Positions 17,155 to 24,484 are shown, counted from the stretch's first letter. The stretch is DNA of 27,033 nucleotides from a virus (IMGVR_UViG_3300032295_001128:1-27033); one strand, 5' to 3'. The notes: generated by a model from the letters alone, not told the origin. Numbers and translations: made by a program.

Positions 17155-19652
17155 CGGCACCACAGACCGTGCAACCACATCCCGCGTCCATTGACGCATA
17201 CATCCGACACGGCTGGAGCCTTGTGCCCATCCCAGCGGGCACCAAGGGGCCGCGTACCCCGGGCTGGAACCTGAGAGAGAACGCTCTCAAGAGTCAGGCC
17301 GATCTGCCGCAGGGCTATGGCATCGGGCTGGCCCATGCCTACAGCGGCACGATGGCGCTCGACATCGACAACTGGACTATCACCACGAGTCTGTTGGCCG
17401 AACACAACATCGATCTGCAGGCGCTGTATGACGCACCCGATGCGGTGGTGATCAACTCGGGCAAACCTGGGCACGGCAAGCTGTTGTATGCGATGCCCTT
17501 CGGCGCTGCGCTGCCCTCGAAGAAGATTCTGCACAACGGAATCACCGCCTACGAGTTGCGCTGCGCCACGGCCTCTGGCCTAACGGTGCAGGACGTGCTG
17601 CCCCCGTCGATCCACCCCGAGACACGGCAGCCCTACCACTGGGCAGGCCACGGCCATTGGACGCGACTGCCGGTGATCCCCCAGGCGCTGCTCGATGTGT
17701 GGCAGAAGTTGCTGGACACCGACAAGGTGCGCAACATCGGCATCGACGGCACGATTGACGCTTCATGGGAGGAGATCAGGCAGGCGTTGGACTGCGTGCC
17801 TGCTGACTGTGGCCGTGACGATTGGGTGTCCATCGGCATGGCGCTGCACTGGGCCGGCACCCAGACCAACCAGCTTGAACAGGGCCTGCAACTGTGGAAC
17901 GAGTGGAGCGCCACGGCGCAGGTTAAGTACCCCGGTGAGCGAGAGATCCTGATCCAGTGGATGTCGTTCAAGCCGGACAAGGCCACGTCGGTCAAGCTGG
18001 GCACGCTGTTCCACATCGCCAAGCAACACGGGTGGCAGCGTCCGCTGCCCGATGCGTCCGAGTTGTTCAGCAAGATCGAGATCCCGGTCATGGAGCCGCT
18101 GGACGTGCTCGATGGGCTGCGCCCGAAGCCGCCCGATATGGACATGAGTCTGTGGCCCGCCATCCTGCGCCAGCGGTCGCAGGAGATCTCGGAAAGCGTG
18201 GGCTGTGACCCTTTGGTCCCTTTGTTCGCTGGGTTGGCCGCTGTCTGCGGGGTGGTTGACGCCCGCATCCGACTCGAACTGATGCCTGGGTTCCGTGTGC
18301 CGCCTGTGCTGTGGCTCATGACCCTCGGTGACCCAGCGGACAAGAAGTCACCCGGGTCGCGGCCCATGTTGTCGCCGCTGAAGAACATCGAGGCCGAGGA
18401 CCGGCCACGGTACGGTAAGGAACTGCTCGATTGGGAGGGCAAGGAAGCGGCCTACGCCAGCGCCAAGAAGGCGTTTCTGGAGTTCAGCGCCAGCCCCGAG
18501 GCCATGCTGGGCGGTGATCAGGCGCCCACGGTGCCCGAGATGCCCCCGCAGCCCGTGCCGCTGAAGATCACGGTCAGCGACATCACGAGTCAGAAGCTAG
18601 TGCGCCAAGCTGCTGATCGTCCGCGTGGCCTGCTGTGCCACCTCGACGAGATGAACTCATGGGTGCGCAAACTGACGGACAAGACCAGCGGCGAGGATCG
18701 CTCGGCATGGGTTGTCAGCTACGAGTCAGAACACTACGAGATGGACCGGGTGGGTGCCGGCTCGATTTACTGCGAGAACCTCGCGGTCTCGATCTACGGG
18801 AACATCCAGCCCCAAGTGTTCAGGCAAAACTTGACCTCTCTCGCAGCGGATGGCCTGTTGCAGCGGTTTATACCCGCTGTGCTGCGCGGGAGCAAGACGA
18901 AGCTGGGTCACCCTGTGCCCGAGTACATGACGAGTTCTGGGGCCTGGGAGAACACTCTGCGCCTGACCTACGCGCTGCCTTCCCAGACCTACCACCTGTC
19001 CACCGAGGCGTTCACCGCGTTTCGCGAGTTCCAGGCGTGGTACGAGGAGGCCAAACAGGACGAGCGGGTGCTGGACAGTGGCACCGAGTACATGACGGCC
19101 TTTGGCAAGCTGGAGGGCCTTGCAGGGCGCTTGATTCTCATGTTCCACCTTATCGAGGCACCGTTTGCCCCACAGGTACAAGTCGATGTGGTGCACAGGG
19201 TTGTGAGCCTGATCAAGGGCTATGTGATCCCGGCGTACCGCTACGCCTTGGGTGAGGTGGGCGGGGCGATCACGAACGACTTCGAGCAGTGGGTGATCGA
19301 CTACATCATCCAGATCAGTGGTGATGTGCAGACCATCGATCTGCGCACCCTGAAGAAATCAGCACGGCGTCCGCTGGAGGGCAAGACCGACTGGCAGAAG
19401 GATCAGGCGGTGATGGACGCCATGCTGGTGCTGGAGCAGGCCGGGTGGGCGGTGCAGGTGGAGAGTGAACTGCACAAGAAGCGCGTGACCTGGGCGATCA
19501 ACCCGTCGCTGCCGGCCATGTTCAAGGCGTACCGCGAGAAGGTGATCAAGGCCAAGCAGCGTCACGCGGATTACATCTACCGCCACGCCTACGAGAAGGG
19601 CTACGAGCGTAAGCTGGTCAAGGGGTATGACCCCGACACGATGGATGAATGA
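17151..19652 (+). CDS. Bifunctional primase-polymerase (Prim-Pol + PriCT-2 + DUF3987)
   Basis: GWSLVPI..GTKGP, ALDID, VLPPSIHP.T..PY.W; DWVSIGMAL...WNEWS...KY; C-terminal KKSP, DEM and DGLLQRF motifs. Confidence 0.85.
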   Translation: MTAPQTVQPHPASIDAYIRHGWSLVPIPAGTKGPRTPGWNLRENALKSQADLPQGYGIGLAHAYSGTMALDIDNWTITTSLLAEHNIDLQALYDAPDAVVINSGKPGHGKLLYAMPFGAALPSKKILHNGITAYELRCATASGLTVQDVLPPSIHPETRQPYHWAGHGHWTRLPVIPQALLDVWQKLLDTDKVRNIGIDGTIDASWEEIRQALDCVPADCGRDDWVSIGMALHWAGTQTNQLEQGLQLWNEWSATAQVKYPGEREILIQWMSFKPDKATSVKLGTLFHIAKQHGWQRPLPDASELFSKIEIPVMEPLDVLDGLRPKPPDMDMSLWPAILRQRSQEISESVGCDPLVPLFAGLAAVCGVVDARIRLELMPGFRVPPVLWLMTLGDPADKKSPGSRPMLSPLKNIEAEDRPRYGKELLDWEGKEAAYASAKKAFLEFSASPEAMLGGDQAPTVPEMPPQPVPLKITVSDITSQKLVRQAADRPRGLLCHLDEMNSWVRKLTDKTSGEDRSAWVVSYESEHYEMDRVGAGSIYCENLAVSIYGNIQPQVFRQNLTSLAADGLLQRFIPAVLRGSKTKLGHPVPEYMTSSGAWENTLRLTYALPSQTYHLSTEAFTAFREFQAWYEEAKQDERVLDSGTEYMTAFGKLEGLAGRLILMFHLIEAPFAPQVQVDVVHRVVSLIKGYVIPAYRYALGEVGGAITNDFEQWVIDYIIQISGDVQTIDLRTLKKSARRPLEGKTDWQKDQAVMDAMLVLEQAGWAVQVESELHKKRVTWAINPSLPAMFKAYREKVIKAKQRHADYIYRHAYEKGYERKLVKGYDPDTMDE

Positions 19653-19654
19653 AG

Positions 19655-19679
19655 AAGGCCCGGGATGACCGGGCCTTTT
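19655..19679. terminator. Likely bidirectional terminator between convergent genes
   Basis: AAGGCCCGG-gatga-CCGGGCCTT stem with flanking T/A runs. Confidence 0.7.
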
Positions 19680-19682
19680 GCT

Positions 19683-19886
19683 TCATGCTGCGTTTTGCAG
19701 CGGGACGCGAGAGGGGCATGGTTCATCGAGTTCCCATCGCCCGATCCAGACCTGTCGAGATGTGCTCGGGTGCACAGGGCTGATCCCCACGTTTCGTGTG
19801 CATGATTCACACTCATCGCGTCCTGAGCCTGCGCACCGGGCGAAGTCAGCCGAGGCGTATTTGTAGAGGTTGCTGGCGGTGATCAT
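19683..19886 (-). CDS. Small Cys-rich hypothetical protein
   Basis: C-x7-C-x2-C...C pattern; ATGA coupling to upstream gene. Confidence 0.65.
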   Translation of the reverse strand: MITASNLYKYASADFARCAGSGRDECESCTRNVGISPVHPSTSRQVWIGRWELDEPCPSRVPLQNAA

Positions 19887-20275
19887 GCGTTGCGCTCCTT
19901 CAATTTGGCCTCGACGGCGCGGGCGAATTCAATGTGGGTGTTCATGCACCCGTCTGGGTGGAATGTTGCCTCGTTGATCTCCTCCTCCGTCAGCCCTCGC
20001 CACTCGCGGCGGGGTGGGTGGGTGTAGAGGGGCACAAAGTCGGGGTGTCGTTGGGTCGGCTCCACGCGGCAGGAGAAGGGCCCTCGCTGCGCTAGCTGGA
20101 GATGGTTGCTCTGAATCCACGCCACCGGCTCCTGCTCCGGCTGCTCCAGCGCGGACTTAAGGGCGGTGACTGTCTTGTTGAGATTGCTTCCCGGCACAAG
20201 CCAGAATTCAGACCTTGCGTTTGTCACTTTGATGAACTCCAGCGCCTGCTGGGCGGCGGTTCTCAGGTCAGTCAT
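19883..20275 (-). CDS. Hypothetical phage protein
   Basis: MTDLRTAAQQALE...QEPVAW...PLYT...EWRGLTEEE...ARAVEAKLKE mosaic typical of phage accessory genes. Confidence 0.75.
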   Translation of the reverse strand: MTDLRTAAQQALEFIKVTNARSEFWLVPGSNLNKTVTALKSALEQPEQEPVAWIQSNHLQLAQRGPFSCRVEPTQRHPDFVPLYTHPPRREWRGLTEEEINEATFHPDGCMNTHIEFARAVEAKLKERNA

Positions 20276-20415
20276 TTAGCACCCCGCAATTCAAGCCATT
20301 GCATCACCACTCCTGTAACTAAGAAACATGCAGACAGCAATAGTGCCGCAGTCTCACCCATGTGGGGTGACAAATAAATGGCCCCTATCACAAAAGCAAA
20401 TTTGGAATCACTCAT
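20272..20415 (-). CDS. Small membrane protein (47 aa)
   Basis: MSDSKFAFVIGAIYLSPHMGETAALLLSACFLVTGVVMQWLELRGAK*; ATGA overlaps at both ends. Confidence 0.65.
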   Translation of the reverse strand: MSDSKFAFVIGAIYLSPHMGETAALLLSACFLVTGVVMQWLELRGAK

Positions 20416-20759
20416 TTCATGCTCCTTCCAATCTCAGCCGCAGCCCTGACGATGGCGCGGCGGATCTTTTCGGCAATGTCTGTCCCCATGTCGTCGTCAC
20501 AGCGTTCAATAACCCAGTCGTCCAAATGGCGAGACCAAACGCTGACCATATACAGCTTCTCAAAGTCAATATCCAAACGCAACTTCACCGCCAGCCGCAG
20601 CGCATCGCCGTCGTCGGTGAGTGGGTTCCAGATATAGCCTGTCGCCACAACAAAATTGAAGTAAGGGTCTTCGTTCAGCCCGTCCGGGGGTTCGGCCATC
20701 CACTGGCCCTTGATACCCGCCGCCTTCGCAGCGGCCTCAAGTAGTTCGCGGTCAGTCAT
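20412..20759 (-). CDS. Hypothetical phage protein
   Basis: MTDRELLEAAAKAAG...WNPLTDDGDALRLAVKL...RRAIVRAAAEIG pattern common in phage accessory genes. Confidence 0.8.
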   Translation of the reverse strand: MTDRELLEAAAKAAGIKGQWMAEPPDGLNEDPYFNFVVATGYIWNPLTDDGDALRLAVKLRLDIDFEKLYMVSVWSRHLDDWVIERCDDDMGTDIAEKIRRAIVRAAAEIGRSMK

Positions 20760-20818
20760 GCTTGCCCCCTTGCGCGGATGTCCAGACGTTGTAACAGGGT
20801 TTCGGGTTGTGCGGTCAC
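20756..20818 (-). pseudogene. 20-codon minigene, possible internally deleted remnant
   Basis: VTAQPETLLQRLDIRARGQA*; 4-nt overlaps with both neighbours; AGGAG upstream. Confidence 0.4.
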
Positions 20819-21123
20819 TTCAATTCTCCTTGCGACTCAATCGTTGCGTTGACCGCTTCCTCATCGTCGCCACACGCTTTCCACAACGCATTCTTCAGAA
20901 CTTGATTGTTATGGTGTAGACGGCGCAGTTCGGCGTCCTTGGTCAGTTGAGCCTTGAGTCGCCTGATCTCGATCTGGAAGGCGTTGGCCTCACAGGATCG
21001 TTCGCAGTGTGGTGAGCCGGTGATACGGGATTGTGCGATGGCCGTATCGACGAGTTCACGCAGTGCGCGAGATGGTGCGAACCCGTAGGTGTTGCACAGT
21101 GTTCGAAATTGGTCGTCAGTCAT
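20815..21123 (-). CDS. Hypothetical protein
   Basis: 102 aa; AAAGGA RBS; in operon. Confidence 0.7.
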   Translation of the reverse strand: MTDDQFRTLCNTYGFAPSRALRELVDTAIAQSRITGSPHCERSCEANAFQIEIRRLKAQLTKDAELRRLHHNNQVLKNALWKACGDDEEAVNATIESQGELK

Positions 21124-21155
21124 GATCGTCCTTTTTTCGGGTTAATTATTGGTCC

Positions 21156-21236
21156 AACGGTTGGTTCGATGGCTTAAAACTAGAAGGTTAACGGTTAGTT
21201 CGATGGCTTAAAACTAGAGGGCTGACGGTTAGTTCG
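21156..21236. repeat. 34-bp tandem repeat, about 2.4 copies
   Basis: Units start at 21156, 21190 and 21224; consensus (A/G)ACGGTTAGTTCGATGGCTTAAAACTAGA(A/G)GG(T/C)T. Confidence 0.9.
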
Positions 21237-21241
21237 GAGCC

Positions 21242-21541
21242 TTAGTCAGCCTTGGTCTTCGGTCGTCCCCGGGGCCGCTTAGGGGCAGCCGCCACGGGCT
21301 CAGGCGTCAGGGCATCGAGCATGGCGGGCGCCAGTGCTTCGAGCGTGCTCAGGACGTCCAACAGCCGCACGGCCGCAGCACTGGGTGCCCGAGTGCCCGT
21401 GGTCCATTTGCGCAGCGTGAAGACGGGCACGCCTAGCAGTCCGGCGGCTGCGGGTTCATCGAGACCCCGGCGGGCAATGAACCCTGCGAGGGACGATGCA
21501 AAGACCACGGCGGGGGCACTGGGTGAGGGTTGAGGGTTCAT
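21242..21541 (-). CDS. XRE-type HTH protein with C-terminal AT-hook-like motif
   Basis: AAAGLLGVPVFTLRKWTTGTRAP HTH; KRPRGRPK tail; GAAGGA RBS. Confidence 0.75.
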   Translation of the reverse strand: MNPQPSPSAPAVVFASSLAGFIARRGLDEPAAAGLLGVPVFTLRKWTTGTRAPSAAAVRLLDVLSTLEALAPAMLDALTPEPVAAAPKRPRGRPKTKAD

Positions 21542-21565
21542 GGCGAGTTGATCCTTCAAGGGGTC

Positions 21566-21593
21566 AAAAAAGCCCCCGGGGTGAGCCGGGGGC
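21566..21593 (-). terminator. Intrinsic terminator
   Basis: GCCCCCGG/CCGGGGGC stem followed by T6 on the - strand. Confidence 0.75.
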
Positions 21594-21605
21594 GGGTTGC
21601 GAGGG

Positions 21606-21692
21606 TCAGGGCTTGATCAGGGATGCGATGAAAAGCAAAAGGGCACGAAGGGCCGCAAAGGCCAGCGAGACGATCACGGATAGGGTGATCAT
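21606..21692 (-). CDS. Small hydrophobic peptide (28 aa)
   Basis: MITLSVIVSLAFAALRALLLFIASLIKP*; ATGA overlap with upstream gene; ends just before a terminator. Confidence 0.55.
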   Translation of the reverse strand: MITLSVIVSLAFAALRALLLFIASLIKP

Positions 21693-21892
21693 TCGATTGC
21701 GTCCCTGTAGTCGTCTTCCCATTTCCTGATCATCAGTTCATCCCTCAGGGACTCGTTTTCGGCGATGGCCTCACCCAATGCACGTTGCAACTCGTCGATG
21801 CGTCCAAGTAATCGAGCGACGTCAAGAAACCCTTCAGCGTATGCGAGACGCTCAGCGTCAGGGGCGGGCATGGTCAAGAGATCAAGGGGCAT
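21689..21892 (-). CDS. Hypothetical protein
   Basis: 67 aa; AAAGGA RBS; coiled-coil character. Confidence 0.7.
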   Translation of the reverse strand: MPLDLLTMPAPDAERLAYAEGFLDVARLLGRIDELQRALGEAIAENESLRDELMIRKWEDDYRDAIE

Positions 21893-21895
21893 GGT

Positions 21896-22573
21896 TCATC
21901 CTTTCACGATTGGGATGATGCGACGGGCTTTCGCATCCGTTACCCGTGCCCGGGTGCCATGTGCACGGAATCCGACGATGATGCTACGGTCCGCACGGGC
22001 ACAAAGCCCGCACGTCTCGCACGTCACCTCATCGCGGGTTTGTGCGGGGCAGACGATGATGGTCCGCCCGCCCGGGGTGTAGGTTTTCTCCGGCGTATCC
22101 ATCGGCACGATTGCGCACACGGGCAACCCGGTTTCCGCCAGTGCGTCAGCTTCCCCCGCATCGTCAGCGGATAGGTTAACGGTGAAGCCCCATCGGGTTG
22201 CGTGCTGCGCCCATTCGATGGCTTCAGCGATTTTCTTGTGGGTGTAGGTGAAGCCCCGGCGCCCCCGGTTAGCCCAAACGATGGCACCCAGTGCAACGGG
22301 GTCGACGGACTCACCCTCACCCGGCAGATCCCCGGCTACGTTCATGCGCCACAACTGACCCTCAGGCAGTGCCGCGATTGACCGGGTCAAGTCTTCAAGG
22401 GTGCCCCCGCGTGCGGGCACTTTGTCCCACGTCAGGCGGGTATAGTAATCCTCAGCGTAGCAATCCGCCCGATAGTGTGCGCACGATGGCGGGCACGTCT
22501 CACGCTGAGAATAGGTTACGGGGATGGGTCCGGTTTTGCGATTCGATGATTCGAGGATGAAGTGATAACGCAT
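21896..22573 (-). CDS. Cys-rich, radical-SAM-like phage protein (atypical Cx3Cx6C)
   Basis: SNRKTG, TCPPSC..YRADCYA, RMNVAGD, FTYTH, VNLSAD and CPAQ..CETCGLC...GF.AHG motifs. Confidence 0.6.
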   Translation of the reverse strand: MRYHFILESSNRKTGPIPVTYSQRETCPPSCAHYRADCYAEDYYTRLTWDKVPARGGTLEDLTRSIAALPEGQLWRMNVAGDLPGEGESVDPVALGAIVWANRGRRGFTYTHKKIAEAIEWAQHATRWGFTVNLSADDAGEADALAETGLPVCAIVPMDTPEKTYTPGGRTIIVCPAQTRDEVTCETCGLCARADRSIIVGFRAHGTRARVTDAKARRIIPIVKG

Positions 22574-22585
22574 GATCAGACCCCT

Positions 22586-22819
22586 TCAGAAAACCAGACC
22601 CATCAGGGCCAATTCCTCAGCCCCGTAGACTTTCCGGGCGCCGCATGAAGGGCACAGCCCCCGGCGGGCATCGGGCTCGAATCCTTCAGCGTCACTGGCA
22701 CATGCGAGACAGAACCCCATCCCTTCACTCGAAAGGGCCATCACGTTTTCAATCGAGGGTTTGTACAGCTTTTCCCCGCCCTTCGATGTGTAGGCGGTAA
22801 ACAAGGGCTTGCGTGCCAT
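22586..22819 (-). CDS. Zinc-ribbon protein
   Basis: GFCLAC...EPDA...CPSCG..KVYGAEE. Confidence 0.75.
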   Translation of the reverse strand: MARKPLFTAYTSKGGEKLYKPSIENVMALSSEGMGFCLACASDAEGFEPDARRGLCPSCGARKVYGAEELALMGLVF

Positions 22820-22821
22820 GA

Positions 22822-23130
22822 TCAGATCCCCTTACGGGCAGAGACCCGCACAGTGAAAAAGGGTGCACCCGTTGACGTGTGCGCAGTGATCAACTGGTGC
22901 GAGGGATTGAATCGCTCCGCGATGGTTTTCCAATCAATCACTGTCCGCCCTTCGCTGTAAGACACAGCGGCACGGTGTAACGTGCCATCGATTGCCTTTT
23001 CACCCGATGCAATCAGGACGTCCCTCAGGGATGATTCCTCAGCCGTCAGGCGGGCAATCTCAGCCTTCACTTGTGCAAGACGATCAACAGTTGCCGCGAT
23101 CATGGTGCGGCTATCGGTTGCGGTATTCAT
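22822..23130 (-). CDS. Hypothetical protein
   Basis: ATG at 23130 follows the repeated leader; N-terminal coiled coil and IDWK motif. Confidence 0.75.
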   Translation of the reverse strand: MNTATDSRTMIAATVDRLAQVKAEIARLTAEESSLRDVLIASGEKAIDGTLHRAAVSYSEGRTVIDWKTIAERFNPSHQLITAHTSTGAPFFTVRVSARKGI

Positions 23131-23160
23131 GATGTGATCCTTCACGGTTACGGGTTACGG

Positions 23161-23253
23161 TTACAGGATGCCCCAAACGTGCAGGGCAATGGGAAGAACG
23201 AAACAGGCCGCGACAAGGGCGGCGGTGATCAATTCGAGGGTGAATCTGCGCAT
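23161..23253 (-). CDS. Small membrane peptide (30 aa)
   Basis: MRRFTLELITAALVAACFVLPIALHVWGIL*; starts at the ATG of one repeat and stops inside the next. Confidence 0.65.
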   Translation of the reverse strand: MRRFTLELITAALVAACFVLPIALHVWGIL

Positions 23254-23313
23254 GTTGTGATCCTTCACGGTTACGGGTTACAAGGTGCCCGGGGTTGCCC
23301 CCGGGCGGGCTGA

Positions 23314-23586
23314 TCAGGCTTCGATGGTCAGGCGGGGAGCGTGGAAATTGCCCTGAAAGGTCCATTCGGTCCCCGGCTTGAAGTAGCCGGGGACTTCACC
23401 CTCAAGGCACACAGCACGAGCGTATGCGCACGAGCACGGGCCCACCAGAGTGATGAAGGACTCAGCGGGAGTCCAATGCTGCGGGCGATGGGCTTGCGAC
23501 TCCATCGCATCGTGCAGAACCTTGAACTTGCCGCCGTGCGCCAGCACGACGTCCCCGGCCTTCAGTTGGTGCGTGGACTTCAGCAT
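23314..23586 (-). CDS. Hypothetical protein
   Basis: GGAG RBS before ATG 23586; LKAGDVV beta-barrel-like start. Confidence 0.7.
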   Translation of the reverse strand: MLKSTHQLKAGDVVLAHGGKFKVLHDAMESQAHRPQHWTPAESFITLVGPCSCAYARAVCLEGEVPGYFKPGTEWTFQGNFHAPRLTIEA

Positions 23587-23600
23587 GGTGGTCACTCCAA

Positions 23601-23789
23601 TCAGACGATGAAGTCAGGGTGAGACGTCACGCCGAAGATGGGCGCGTATTCGAGGAGTGCACTGCGCGACTTGTTCGTGCGGGCGGCACGGATCAGGGCT
23701 GACAGTCCACGGGCAATCATGCCCGTATCGGCACCGAGTGCACGGTACTGCGCCAGCCTGGTGACTTCACGGATTTCTGACTTGTTCAT
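23601..23789 (-). CDS. Hypothetical protein, first gene of leftward early cluster
   Basis: 62 aa; ATG follows the repeated leader. Confidence 0.75.
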   Translation of the reverse strand: MNKSEIREVTRLAQYRALGADTGMIARGLSALIRAARTNKSRSALLEYAPIFGVTSHPDFIV

Positions 23790-23843
23790 GATGTGATCCT
23801 TTACGGTTACGGTTACAAGGTGCCGCTTCGATGCGGTAGAGAG

Positions 23844-23874
23844 ATCATAACACGATGCGAACCCAGTGGGTCAA
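23844..23874 (-). promoter_or_regulatory. Putative early promoter overlapped by a palindromic site
   Basis: Extended -10 TGTTATGAT (23852-23844); TTGACC 19 nt upstream; ACCCAGTGGGT overlaps the -35/spacer. Confidence 0.55.
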
Positions 23875-24484
23875 GCACTTTTCGATGTAAGAATTGCGCT
23901 GCCAGGGAGCACGATTCTTACAGTGATGTAAGGTTTCCGGGGGTGCTTTGAAACCCTGACCCACTGGGATTTCAGGTTTTCACATTATGGAATCAGACGC
24001 TGACGATGACAAAAGTGCCTTTTGGTTCTAGGGGTTGGTTTTTGAAAAGCCAGAAAATAAGTACCCTTTCGAAAATGCTCTACCTGATGTCTCCTGCGCG
24101 AGAAAGGACCTTTTGTCATCGTCAGCGTCTGACCCCTGATCCTGACCCACTGGGTGCACGGATTCCCGGAAATTCCCCCGGATTGATTCGGGCACCCTGA
24201 CCCAGTGGGTGCAACCTCGAGACCCCATGAACCCCTGACCCACTGGGTGCACTGACCCACTGGGTGCACGGTTGCGCACTCCTTCCCACTGGGTCAGGAT
24301 GCCCCCGGGGTGCACCCACTGGGTCAGGGCACCCGGCTAGCCGGGGTCAGGGGTGCCCGGGGTGCCCGGGGGCGGCGCCGGCGGGTTCGGCGGGGGGAGG
24401 GAGGGCCGGCGCGAGGTGGGGCGTTGGCGGGGCGGCATCACGAACCATTTATTAATTTTTTCAAAAAGTAGAAACCCAGTGGGT
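23861..24484. repeat. Cluster of nine ACCCA(C/G)TGGGT palindromes
   Basis: Cores at 23861, 23959 (1 mismatch), 24145, 24200, 24238, 24255, 24284 (1 mismatch), 24314 and 24474. Confidence 0.92.
23993..24132. repeat. Perfect 23-bp inverted repeat around a 94-bp spacer
   Basis: TCAGACGCTGACGATGACAAAAG (23993-24015) and CTTTTGTCATCGTCAGCGTCTGA (24110-24132). Confidence 0.92.

Larger units (their letters stand above)
23128..23824 (-). repeat. Three dispersed ~38-bp start-associated direct repeats
   Basis: Copies at 23128-23167, 23251-23289 and 23787-23824; - strand consensus ...TGTAACC(C)GTAACCGT(G/A)AAGGATCACA(T/A)C-ATG. Confidence 0.92.

Noticed and set aside
23146-23167. GGTTAC repeats resembling fission-yeast telomeric sequence
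   Set aside because: Internal, short and always tied to start codons; better explained as a phage leader motif
23985-24455. Short ORFs across the divergence region
   Set aside because: Translations simply mirror the DNA repeats; no RBS or protein-like features
23861-24484. Possible CRISPR array (palindromic repeats, Cas4-like nuclease in the genome)
   Set aside because: Repeats are only 11-19 bp, irregularly spaced and in both orientations; DUF2800 is a standard phage replication-module nuclease
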